Shown: positions 1 to 8,308, counted from the stretch's first letter. The stretch: 64,000 nucleotides of DNA from Candidatus Peribacteraceae bacterium (GCA_041661065.1 JBAZVD010000001.1:1089237-1153236); one strand, 5' to 3'. The notes: generated from the letters alone by a model not told the origin. Numbers and translations are program-made.

Positions 1-981
1 ATGCAAGCGTTACTCGGAATTACTGGGCGTAAAGCGTCTGCAGGCGTCCTAAAAAGTCTGGTGTAAAATTTCGGAGCTCAACTCCGGAAGCGTGCCGGAA
101 ACTCTTAGGATCGAGTCACTCAGAGGCACCTGGAATGTCGTGTGTAGGGGTAAAATCCGTTGATCCACGATGGAACGCCAAAAGCGAAGGCAGGGTGCTG
201 GGGGTGTACTGACGCTCAGAGACGAAAGCGTGGGGAGCAAAGGGGATTAGATACCCCCGTAGTCCACGCCCTAAACGATGCGTGCTCGGTGTAGGAGTTT
301 TCAATTGCTCCTGTGCCCAAGCTAACGCGGTAAGCACGCCGCCTGGGAAGTACGGCCGCAAGGCTAAAACCCAAAGGAATAGACGGGGACCCACACAAGC
401 GGTGGAACATGGGGTTTAATTCGATGATAAACGAAGAACCTCACCCAGACTTGACATCCCGAGAATCTCGTCGAAAGACGGGAGTGCCGCAAGGAACTCG
501 GAGACAGGCGATGCACGGTCGTCGTCAGCTCGTGCCTTGAGGTGTACTGTTAAGTCAGCGAACGAGCGCAACCCTCATCCTATGTTGTTCTTTCATAGGA
601 GACTGCCGCCTCCAAGGCGGAGGAAGGTGGGGATGACGTCAGATCAGCGTGTCCTTTATGTCTGGGGCAACACCCATGTTACAATGGCCGATACAGAGGG
701 CAGCGAACCCGCGAGGGCAAGCAAATCCCAAAAAGTCGGTCTCAGTTCGGATTGAAGGCTGCAACTCGCCTTCATGAAGTTGGAATCGCTAGTAACCGTG
801 GGTCAGCCACACCACGGTGAATATGTTCCTGGGTCTTGTACTCACCGCCCGTCAACTCATGGGAGGCAGGGGCACCCGAAGCACCGTTACCTTCAGTGGG
901 CGGTACCACGGTGACACTGCTGACTGGGAGTAAGTCGTAACAAGGTATCCGTAGGAGAACCTGCGGATGGAATATCTCCTT
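1..981 (+). rRNA. rrs: 16S rRNA, 3' ~980 nt (the 5' part lies upstream of the window)
   Basis: Universal 16S blocks are present: GGAATTACTGGGCGTAAAG at 16-34, GGATTAGATACCC ~244, GTCGTCAGCTCGTGC ~521, TGTACTCACCGCCCGTCA ~837, AAGTCGTAACAAGGTA ~932. The 3' end is GAACCTGCGGATGGAATATCTCCTT, ending ~981. Confidence 0.95.
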
Positions 982-1188
982 ACCAGGGAGTTACCTGGAC
1001 CGTCTCGGCGTAGCCTTCGGGCGAAGCCGGACGAGTCGCTTGCTCTAGATGGTGTTCATCTTCTATCAAGCACAATTATTGACCGGGGGGACACCCCCAG
1101 TGCTTCCTTCCCTCATCCTCGAGGGCATGAAGTACTGAGGCCTCGGAAGAAAGGACTTCTCTACTACACGATGCTGTGAAAACGGGTA

Positions 1189-1210
1189 CCGGGCCTGACG
1201 GCCCTTTTTG
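1189..1210 (+). terminator. Putative rho-independent terminator downstream of 16S
   Basis: GGGCC-TGAC-GGCCC stem-loop (1191-1204) followed by TTTTT (1205-1209). Confidence 0.5.
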
Positions 1211-1335
1211 TTGAGCACTTACGCCCTGAACCTGAGCCGCAGGCGAATGGTTCGGGGCTACACGATGGGGTGAATGGAGTTCTTTTGTGCAAATATATCC
1301 GCGAGGTCCCGCGTGTCAGATGGGGGTGAAGGAGA

Positions 1336-1758
1336 TCATTTCTTCAACATCGCACCCCCAAATTCGAAGAACAGATCGGCCATGCCAAAAGCCAAAGCAA
1401 ATACCCCGATAAATATGAACACCCCGCCCGAAACTTCAGGGATGGAAAGGTATTGCTGCTGAATTGAAATCTGAAGTCCCAATCCAAAAAGAATCAGAAT
1501 GCCGCTCAACACGAATACAAAGCCTAAACGAGGAAAGTCATGTTGGTGCCCTTTGAGCAAAGTACGCGTACTCATGCTGAGCACCAAAGCCCCCAGTACA
1601 AAACTCAATTGAAATATCTCCCATAACTTTTCCGGAGTTTCCGAAATTAGAGCCGCGAAAGCAAGAAATATGAACAGAGCTAATACGAACCTCATAGAAA
1701 TGCGCCCCCATGTAGTAATGGCTGAATCGAGGAAAGAAAGCGGCTTCATAAACTCCAT
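1336..1758 (-). CDS. Hypothetical integral membrane protein
   Basis: ORF 1336..1770. The ATG at 1758 (MEFMKPLSF...) is preferred over the GTG at 1770. Several hydrophobic segments. Confidence 0.55.
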   Translation of the reverse strand: MEFMKPLSFLDSAITTWGRISMRFVLALFIFLAFAALISETPEKLWEIFQLSFVLGALVLSMSTRTLLKGHQHDFPRLGFVFVLSGILILFGLGLQISIQQQYLSIPEVSGGVFIFIGVFALAFGMADLFFEFGGAMLKK

Positions 1759-1823
1759 GATACACCTCACACTTGCAGTTCATAGACCCGCGCTTCGCGA
1801 CAATTATTTGAATAGTTCTCAGC

Positions 1824-1899
1824 TGAATGACGGGAAGGTCATCCTTCCATCCGCGAGCTTAAAGCCCGCGGTACCACCGGTTCGAAAGCCGGTGTGACG
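1824..1899 (+). repeat. Three-hairpin module X, copy 1
   Basis: GGAAGG-TCAT-CCTTCC, CGCGAGCT-TAA-AGCCCGCG and CACCGG-TTCGAAAG-CCGGTG. Direct repeat of 2188-2262. Confidence 0.8.
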
Positions 1900-1987
1900 T
1901 TTTGATGGAAGACGGTCGCACGCCAGGTGGGGGTGAGGGAGAAGGCCGTGTGCTGTTATCCCCTCTTCCACGATCATTCCGAGGTTA

Positions 1988-2178
1988 GGCCGGAGCCGCG
2001 CGCCACGGTCGGTGGAAGAACCAGAAGTTGAGCAGAAGCATAGAGAACAAGGTAGTCTTAAACTTCCAGACGCGACGGGGCCCCGGAAGCGGGACAAGAG
2101 GACATTCACATTTCCTTTGGCGCGCGGAGCGCTTTTCTTTGCCACTTTCTTTTGTCGCCCTGACAAAAGAAAGTGGGG
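1988..2178 (+). repeat. Dispersed structured element, copy A
   Basis: GGCCGGAGCCGCGCGCC at the 5' end can pair with GGCGCGCGG at 2119-2127. Ends in a perfect 15-bp hairpin, CCACTTTCTTTTGTC-GCCCT-GACAAAAGAAAGTGG (2142-2176). Homologous to 8013-8234, 24198-24384 and 26873-27033. Confidence 0.85.
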
Positions 2179-2187
2179 AACATTACT

Positions 2188-2262
2188 GCATTACGGGAAG
2201 GCCATCCTTCCATCCGCGAGCTCAAAGCTCGCGACAGTATCGGTTTAAAAACCGATGTCACG
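2188..2262 (+). repeat. Three-hairpin module X, copy 2
   Basis: Same three hairpins as 1824-1899. Differences lie in the stems: stem 2 is fully paired here where copy 1 has one mismatch, and stem 3 is ATCGGTT/AACCGAT here versus CACCGG/CCGGTG in copy 1. Confidence 0.8.
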
Positions 2263-2364
2263 CCTGTGTGTGCTGTCTGTATATTTGGCTTCCCTCAGGG
2301 CTCCCTGCAATTCCCCCCTCCCCATTCTTGCCGTCCTTTGGATGATCGCTACACTCCACCTCCC

Positions 2365-2751
2365 ATGCACATTCTTGCACCGGAACTGAGCTACATGTAC
2401 GGGAAATACGTTGAACCGCAGCCGGGAAGCGAGCGGAAAGTGGCGCGTACCCTGATGGGGGAATTCCTCAAGGGACGCGTGAGGAAGATTGAACGGCAAC
2501 GGAGGATCATCGGCTTCATCCGCACGCGCATCGGAGACGTGCTGCATGCCTTCCGATTCCCCACCGGCGACACCATTACGCAGATGAGCGACATCGGTTG
2601 CACGGACGTGTACCCTAACGGCAATGCCGTCTTCAAGGTATGGATCCACTGCCCCGAAGACATCGGAGAATCGCAGCGCGCCCATACGATCGTCCTGCGG
2701 GAAGTCCTGCTCCATTCCAAGCACGTCCGCGTACGAATGAAGAATGACTGA
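2365..2751 (+). CDS. Hypothetical protein
   Basis: ORF 2173..2751. The upstream part overlaps repeat DNA, so the ATG at 2365 (MHILAPELSY...) is preferred. GC-rich third codon positions. Confidence 0.5.
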   Translation: MHILAPELSYMYGKYVEPQPGSERKVARTLMGEFLKGRVRKIERQRRIIGFIRTRIGDVLHAFRFPTGDTITQMSDIGCTDVYPNGNAVFKVWIHCPEDIGESQRAHTIVLREVLLHSKHVRVRMKND

Positions 2752-2768
2752 CCGTTCCGCCTCTTTTC

Positions 2769-3584
2769 ATGGAACTCTCTCCCCTCCGCCCTCCCTCCCT
2801 CCGCCGCCGTGATGCGTTACGTGCAGGGCTGGCGGGAGCGGCGTGGCTGCTGATGCCGAACGCCATGGCACAAGACCCCGTGGAGGAGGATCCCCACGGC
2901 GTCAATGCGCGCTTGAAGCATCTGTTGGAAGCACCGCTCCCCCACGTGACGCACCGCGCGCACCTCATCGTCCCGGGCGCCGCGCGCGGCGTGGTGCACC
3001 TGCCGAACATCCACCAGGGCGACGCGACGACGGAAGAACTCAAACGGCAGGTGGAACAATCGCAGCGGGAGGTCGCCGAGCTCATCGAAGCCCTCTGCCG
3101 CGACGAGCGGGTGCGGCTCACGATCATCTTCAACGAGGGGGTGCTCGCCCGGGGTGAGCCGCCACCCAACCTCCCCCGCTCCTTCAGCGTGAGCCGCCAG
3201 CTCCGCCTCTCCGACCGTGCGCTCATGGGAGCGGCGGCGTACGCCGCCGAGCGGGGCTTGGTGGAGGAACGCGGCGCGGAGAAGACGGAGACGTTTACCG
3301 CCGCATGGAACAGGAAGAATGATGCGAACTGGAACAAGGTCGTCTTGGAGGACAGGGAGGATGCCTTCCTCCGCATCGCTTCAGCCGAAGATTCCGGAAG
3401 TGTGTGCTACGTGGCCTACGGAGAAGCCCATGATTGGAACAACAACGTGGCAATATGGAACAGGGAACACCCGCGGGAGAAGTTCTCCCTCGTTACCCTC
3501 TGCACCAGAGAATCCCATACGAAATACGTCCGGCTGGGCATCCTACCGCCGCCGGATCCGACCGTAGAAGACGCACCGCGATAG
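2769..3584 (+). CDS. Hypothetical secreted protein (signal peptide with RRR motif)
   Basis: The N-terminus MELSPLRPPSLRRRDALRAGLAGAAWLLMPNAMAQ resembles a Tat/Sec signal peptide. 271-aa ORF. Confidence 0.6.
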   Translation: MELSPLRPPSLRRRDALRAGLAGAAWLLMPNAMAQDPVEEDPHGVNARLKHLLEAPLPHVTHRAHLIVPGAARGVVHLPNIHQGDATTEELKRQVEQSQREVAELIEALCRDERVRLTIIFNEGVLARGEPPPNLPRSFSVSRQLRLSDRALMGAAAYAAERGLVEERGAEKTETFTAAWNRKNDANWNKVVLEDREDAFLRIASAEDSGSVCYVAYGEAHDWNNNVAIWNREHPREKFSLVTLCTRESHTKYVRLGILPPPDPTVEDAPR

Positions 3585-3601
3585 GAAGTTGTCCCCAGGG
3601 G

Positions 3602-3743
3602 TGTGGATAACGTTCACTTGTGCCTATTTGTGTATACATCGTGCTTACATTGCCTATACGAGACGGATAACCGCAACGTATGGACGCCGTATCCACAGCG
3701 TATACACAGGTTTTCCACAATTGCGGCAGAAGGCTGTGGAAAG
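3602..3743. promoter_or_regulatory. Cluster of DnaA-box-like 9-mers in a lower-GC intergenic region
   Basis: TGTGGATAA at 3602-3610 (perfect reverse complement of TTATCCACA). GTATCCACA at 3689-3697 (1 mismatch). TTTTCCACA at 3711-3719 (1 mismatch). TGTGGAAAG at 3735-3743 (2 mismatches). Confidence 0.45.
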
Positions 3744-3839
3744 CCCAAATGCTTGAATAACATTAGAGAACATATGGCAAGTCGGAACCGCCGCATGCTT
3801 GCAGGACCGCAGCGAGGAGCGTACAAACCGGAATGCACC

Positions 3840-4445
3840 ATGCGCTTTTCCGTCACCACCCAATACACGCTCATCACCATCGCCGCCGTCATTGTGGGGG
3901 CGGTGGGCTCTTCTCTGTGGACGGAGGCGAGCCTGACTGCGGAGCGTGCCGCGCCCTTCCCCCAGGGGACGCTCGTTGCGGATGACGCGGATCCCCTCTT
4001 CCTCACGGAGGGGGAAAAATGGGCGCAGATCGGCGGCGGCTTCCGCTCCGGTTCCCACACGCACCTGCGCAGGCTGGTGACGGTGGAGCAGCTGGTGAGC
4101 GCCGCTTGGACCTTTCCCTCGGTGGCGCCGGGAACCTACAAGCTCTACACCACGTGGATCCGCGGCATGACCCACGCGACGGGCGTGTCGTACCTGTTGC
4201 GCGGCCCCTCCCGTTCCCCCGACCTCACCAACCCCATCCTCTTCACCGCGCGCGTGAACCAGTCGAGAACCCCCGAGGGGAGGCAGTGGGGCGAGGGTCG
4301 CCGCACGTGGGAAGAGCTGGGGACGTTCGTGGTGGAGCAAGCGGGCCCCCTCACCCTCACCGTGCAGGGCAAATCCTCGGAGCGCTTCGACGCGGACGCG
4401 GCCATCCTGGTGCCGGTGAGCACGCCCGCGCCTGCCGCTCCATAA
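3840..4445 (+). CDS. Membrane-anchored hypothetical protein (C-terminus weakly golvesin-C-like)
   Basis: ATG at 3840 gives MRFSVTTQYTLITIAAVIVGAVGSSLW (TM anchor). An alternative ATG lies at 3774. The C-terminal pattern GTYKLY..W....TW..LG.F.V......L.V....FDADAAILVP suggests the domain call. Confidence 0.6.
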   Translation: MRFSVTTQYTLITIAAVIVGAVGSSLWTEASLTAERAAPFPQGTLVADDADPLFLTEGEKWAQIGGGFRSGSHTHLRRLVTVEQLVSAAWTFPSVAPGTYKLYTTWIRGMTHATGVSYLLRGPSRSPDLTNPILFTARVNQSRTPEGRQWGEGRRTWEELGTFVVEQAGPLTLTVQGKSSERFDADAAILVPVSTPAPAAP

Positions 4446-4572
4446 TTGATCGAATGGGGAAGAAGGGCGCAGGTATCAGAATGCAGGTTCCCACGAGGAA
4501 TCAAATTTTGGTGAACAGAAGAGAACATTTCTATGCCCTCCTGAACAATAGTCACGCCCTGTCACCCGTCAC

Positions 4573-4605
4573 CTTAATTCCTAATTCTTCATTCTACATT
4601 CTTCC
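4573..4605. repeat. Solo heptamer-repeat arm (GAAT/ATTC family) overlapping the sufD stop
   Basis: CTTAATTCCTAATTCTTCATTCTACATTCTTCC is related to the arms at 30311-30393 and 51675-51752. It encodes the last residues (..ECRMKN*) of SufD. Confidence 0.7.
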
Positions 4606-5456
4606 ATCTCCCTCTCCAGCACGTCCCTCACTTTCTCATCCTCCACCTTCCCCAGCAATCCTCCCAGGAACCCCCGGATGTACATCCTGCGCGCTTCCTC
4701 CCGCGGGATGCCGCGCGAAGCGAAGTAGAAGAGCTCTTCCTCCGAAACCTTGGTGACGGTGGCGGTATGGCCTGCTTTGACGTCTTCCGTCTTGATGCGG
4801 AGCGCCGGCACGGCGTCCACTTTGGCGGAGGCATCCAGCATGAGCACGTGCTGCGTAAGGGACGCGGCCGTCCCTCCCCCACCCTCCCCGATCTCCATCA
4901 TCCCGTCGCACCGCACTTCCGCGCGCCCCTCCGCGATCCCGCGCATGGTCACATCACCGCCGCCATCCCGCGCCAGGAACACGTTGCGCACGGAGAGCTT
5001 CTGCACATCTTCCCCCGCGGCATGGAACACCCAATCCACCGAGCTCACGCCGCCCGCGCCCTCCACCGTGGCCACCGCTTCCTGCTCCACCCCCCTCCCG
5101 CCCAACGTGACGTTGAGAAGGCGGCACACGGCTCCTTCCCCCACCCTGATACGCTGCGTGATCTTCGCACGCCCCAAGCCCGAGGCAAGGACAATGAGGG
5201 CGAGCGATGATGTTGCCGCAAGCGTGACATCGAGATTTTTCTCCCCCTCAACACCCGAGGGAAGCGTGAGGAACACTGTGGCGCGTGACCCTTCCTCCGC
5301 ATGGACCGTGACGGATTGCGGGGATTCCCAGGGGAGCGTGACCGTACCGGGTATCTTCTTCCCCCGCCCGATGACCCACCGTCCATCGCCCTCACCGCGG
5401 ATGCCGGAAGGCAGGCCCGTTGATGTAGAGGCAGACGTCACATCAGCAGTGTACAT
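4581..5456 (-). CDS. sufD: Fe-S cluster assembly protein SufD (short form)
   Basis: The C-terminal motif VSEEELFYFASRGIPREEARRMYIRGFL is typical of SufB/SufD, on a beta-helix-like G-rich body. ATG at 5456 (MYTADV...). Confidence 0.8.
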   Translation of the reverse strand: MYTADVTSASTSTGLPSGIRGEGDGRWVIGRGKKIPGTVTLPWESPQSVTVHAEEGSRATVFLTLPSGVEGEKNLDVTLAATSSLALIVLASGLGRAKITQRIRVGEGAVCRLLNVTLGGRGVEQEAVATVEGAGGVSSVDWVFHAAGEDVQKLSVRNVFLARDGGGDVTMRGIAEGRAEVRCDGMMEIGEGGGGTAASLTQHVLMLDASAKVDAVPALRIKTEDVKAGHTATVTKVSEEELFYFASRGIPREEARRMYIRGFLGGLLGKVEDEKVRDVLEREMEECRMKN

Positions 5457-5714
5457 GCCTCCCCCGTGCGGAGTATCGTGGACACACCTTATGAGCGAAT
5501 CCCAGCGCTTCTTGCCGTTTGCGGAAACCCCTCCTGCGCCCGAGGGGGAACGGCAAAATGAGACGAACGGGAACCACGATGATGGGGAAGCGATGGCGAG
5601 AATCATCAAGAGCCACCAAGCGGCGGAAGCCCTTTTCCGCAGGGTTCCAGCGGCTCAATGGACACAATGGGCCTTATCCCAAAACAAGCGCAGCCAGAGG
5701 GCGAAAAGATGATA

Positions 5715-5744
5715 TTGACGTGTAATTTTATTAGTGTTTAATAT
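5715..5744 (+). promoter_or_regulatory. Sigma70-like promoter; the -10 box ends 4 nt before an ATG (leaderless candidate)
   Basis: TTGACG (5715-5720), 18 nt spacer, TAATAT (5739-5744), then TCAT and the ATG at 5749. Confidence 0.45.
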
Positions 5745-5748
5745 TCAT

Positions 5749-5946
5749 ATGGCTGACAATGCTGTTAAGGAATGGGGTGGGTGGGACGCGTACTTGGAGG
5801 AAGAAGAGGAAAGGGCACGGCAGGCGCTTGCGCAGAAAGCGAAGACAGCGCAACCGTCGCCGATGGTGAGCGGCGTGCAATCGGTGACGCACGAATACCA
5901 AAAACTTCTGTTCTCCGATAGGGGAACAGAGACAGGCACGCAATAA
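5749..5946 (+). CDS. Small hypothetical protein (65 aa)
   Basis: ATG at 5749 (MADNAVKEWGGWDAYLEEEEE...), immediately downstream of promoter-like boxes. Confidence 0.35.
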   Translation: MADNAVKEWGGWDAYLEEEEERARQALAQKAKTAQPSPMVSGVQSVTHEYQKLLFSDRGTETGTQ

Positions 5947-6008
5947 AAAAATGAAAGAGAGTACATCACGCGCTACTGCCAACGGCACTGATGGAACGAC
6001 ACGTCCTT

Positions 6009-6476
6009 TCAGTCATTCCTCCGTACTGTTTCCACCATTTCTTCCCGCACACGGCTCATGGGCTCTTGGACGGCGGTATTGCGCGGTTGGTTCGTTTGCT
6101 CTCCCATGAGAGCCGCCACTTGTACCGGAAGCATGGCGAGAATCCGACGGTAGGCATTGTCCGTATCCTCCCGGATCCCCGGCTCTTCCACCTTCACTTC
6201 ATGGTAAATGAGACACTGTTCCCATTCATGTCGCAACACTTCCTCGTATTTGGCGGAGAACTGTTCCCGGTCTCCCGCAGCCCGGCGCAGAAGAGCACTG
6301 GCATACTCCCTCGCCAAATCTCTTCGCAGATCCGCGGAGAGTTGACGGCTCCGTTCATTATTCCTCGACTTCCCCATACTCATCCTGTTTATCAAATCCT
6401 GCACCAGGATGGGGAGGTGTCGCTTGATACTGTCCATAACCGGAAACTCCAGTTGAGTGGATGGTGTGTTCTCCAT
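6009..6476 (-). CDS. Hypothetical protein (155 aa)
   Basis: ATG ORF between sufB and sufD on the same strand. TATAAT (reverse complement of 6485-6490) lies 8 nt upstream of the ATG. Confidence 0.55.
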   Translation of the reverse strand: MENTPSTQLEFPVMDSIKRHLPILVQDLINRMSMGKSRNNERSRQLSADLRRDLAREYASALLRRAAGDREQFSAKYEEVLRHEWEQCLIYHEVKVEEPGIREDTDNAYRRILAMLPVQVAALMGEQTNQPRNTAVQEPMSRVREEMVETVRRND

Positions 6477-6544
6477 ATAAGTATATTATATAATACTAGT
6501 TGAGTGTATGCCAGGTGTGGATTGTTGGCTTTCCTCTGACCTAA

Positions 6545-7945
6545 TCACCCCACGCCCCCCTCCATCTCCAGTTCTATCAATCTGTTCATCTCCACCGCAT
6601 ATTCCAGGGGAAGGTTCCTGATGATGGGCTCGATGAACCCGTTGACGATCATGGCGCGCGCCTGGTCCTCGGGGATGCCGCGGGAGGTGAAGTAGAAGAG
6701 GTCCTCCTCGGAGAGCTTCCCCACGCGCGCCTCATGCGCGACGGTCACGTCGTTGTTGCGGATACGGATGTCCGGGATGGTGTCCGTGCGGCTCTCGTCA
6801 TCGAGCAGGAGCGCATCGCATTCCACGTTGGAGGTGATGTCGTGCGCGCGGGGCCCCACCTGGAGCAGTCCGCGGTACACGCACACGCCCCCGCCGCGGC
6901 TGATGGACTTGGAGGTGACCTTGCTGGAGGTGTGCGGCGCGAGGTGGATGACCTTTGCGCCGGTATCCTGCCACTGGCCCGTGTTGGCGAACGCCAGGGC
7001 AAGGTGGTCGCTGCGCGCGCCCTCCCCCGTGAGCATGCTGCAGGGGTAGAGCATGGTGACGCCGCTCCCCATGTTCCCGCCCACCCACTCCATCGTCGCG
7101 TCCTTTTCCACGATCGCGCGCTTGGTATTGAGGTTATACGTGTCGCGGCTCCAGTTCTCCACGCTGGAATAGCGGACCTTTGCGCCGGGTTTGACGAAGA
7201 TCTCCACCAGCCCCGCGTGCAGCCCGATGGAGCCGTACTTGGGCGCGGAGCAGCCCTCAATGTAGTGCACCTCGCTCCCCTCCTCCGCGATGATGAGCGT
7301 GTGCTCGAACTGCCCCATGTTCATGGCGTTCATGCGGAAGTACGCCTGAAGGGGATCCGTGACCGTGACGCCCTTGGGGACGTAGAGGAAGGTGCCGCCA
7401 GACCATACGGCGCCGTGGAGCGCCGCAAATTTGTGATCCGCCATCGGCACGCACTTCATGAAGTACTGTTTGACGAGCTCGGGGTGCAGCCGCAGCGCAT
7501 CGTCCATGTTGAGGAAGATGACGCCCAGCTTCCCCCACTCCTCGCGCAAGTTGTGATAGATGACCTCGCTCTCGTACTGCGCACCCACCCCGGCGAGGAC
7601 CTTGCGCTCCGCTTCGGGAATGCCCAGCCGATCGTAGACGCGGCGGATCTCCTCCGGCACTTCCCCCCAATCGTCCGTATTCTCCGCCCCGGGGTGCGCG
7701 TAGTAGATGATCTTGTCGAAATCGAGCCCGGAAAGGTCCGCCCCCCACGTGGGCATGGGCTTTTCGTGGAAAACCTTGAGGGACGCCAACCGATGCTCCA
7801 GCATCCACTGCGGCTCATTCTTGTCCCCGCTGATCTTGCGCACCACCGCCTCGCTCAATCCCTTCGTGAGCCCCTCCGCGTAGGGGGCGGGGTTGGCCGT
7901 ATCAAAGACGGAACGGTCCAGGCCGGAGAAGATGGGCTTGGGCAT
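6545..7945 (-). CDS. sufB: Fe-S cluster assembly protein SufB
   Basis: MPKPIFSG...; conserved SufB blocks FEHTLIIAEEGSEVHYIEGCSAPKY, HLAPHTSSKVTSKSIS and LSEEDLFYFTSRGIPEDQARAMIVNGF. ATG at 7945; the ORF part upstream of it is repeat DNA. Confidence 0.95.
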   Translation of the reverse strand: MPKPIFSGLDRSVFDTANPAPYAEGLTKGLSEAVVRKISGDKNEPQWMLEHRLASLKVFHEKPMPTWGADLSGLDFDKIIYYAHPGAENTDDWGEVPEEIRRVYDRLGIPEAERKVLAGVGAQYESEVIYHNLREEWGKLGVIFLNMDDALRLHPELVKQYFMKCVPMADHKFAALHGAVWSGGTFLYVPKGVTVTDPLQAYFRMNAMNMGQFEHTLIIAEEGSEVHYIEGCSAPKYGSIGLHAGLVEIFVKPGAKVRYSSVENWSRDTYNLNTKRAIVEKDATMEWVGGNMGSGVTMLYPCSMLTGEGARSDHLALAFANTGQWQDTGAKVIHLAPHTSSKVTSKSISRGGGVCVYRGLLQVGPRAHDITSNVECDALLLDDESRTDTIPDIRIRNNDVTVAHEARVGKLSEEDLFYFTSRGIPEDQARAMIVNGFIEPIIRNLPLEYAVEMNRLIELEMEGGVG

Positions 7946-8012
7946 GAGGATAGTATGGTAGCAGATTCTCACTTTTCTGCATGCTCTTGAGGAAGTTGTA
8001 TGACATGGGGAT

Positions 8013-8234
8013 GGCCCCGCGCGCCACGGTCGGCGGAACAACATGAGGGAGAGCAGGGCTACAAGGAGAAGGTCGTCTTTCATTTCCACATGCGACGGGG
8101 CCCCGGAATTGGAACAACGGCTCAATGACATTTCCTTTGGCGCGCGGCCTGCCCACCATAGCTCCATCAGGAGCGAAGGTGGGAGCGCTTTTCTTTGCCA
8201 CTTTCTTTTGTCGCCCTGACAAAAGAAAGTGGGA
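8013..8234 (+). repeat. Dispersed structured element, copy B
   Basis: GGCCCCGCGCGCCACGGTCGG... CATTTCCTTTGGCGCGCGG, with the same 15-bp hairpin as copy A at 8198-8232. Carries an extra ~35-nt internal insertion. Confidence 0.85.
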
Positions 8235-8308
8235 AGACACAAGACAAAGCCTGCGAGCTGAAGATACGCTTGCTGGCTGTTGTGTATGTATATACATCGT
8301 CCATACAC

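Noticed and set aside
2060-2100. An SRP-RNA-like GGAA tetraloop (GGGGCCCCGGAAGCGGG) inside dispersed element copy A.
   Set aside because: The element is multi-copy. Copy B changes the loop context (CCCCGGAATTGG), and the flanking symmetric-loop motifs of SRP domain IV are absent.
982-2300. ITS tRNAs, a 23S rRNA or a 16S intron following the 16S gene.
   Set aside because: No cloverleaf and no 23S 5' conserved sequence is present. The region contains a terminator, a minus-strand membrane protein gene and dispersed repeats instead. The 16S part in the window has about the expected length, so it carries no large insertion.
6734-7990. Long ORFs antisense to well-supported genes. Examples are 6734..7990 (+), 8460..10064 (+), 17821..19782 (+), 31523..33337 (+), 43294..45240 (+), 37362..38873 (+), 54497..55957 (+) and 56872..58680 (-).
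   Set aside because: High GC content keeps stop codons rare on the opposite strand. Each of these overlaps a gene with clear family motifs (sufB, Kef, secA, kinase, pilC, giant pilin, RNase J). Their translations are Arg/Gly/His/Ala-rich low-complexity strings without motifs.
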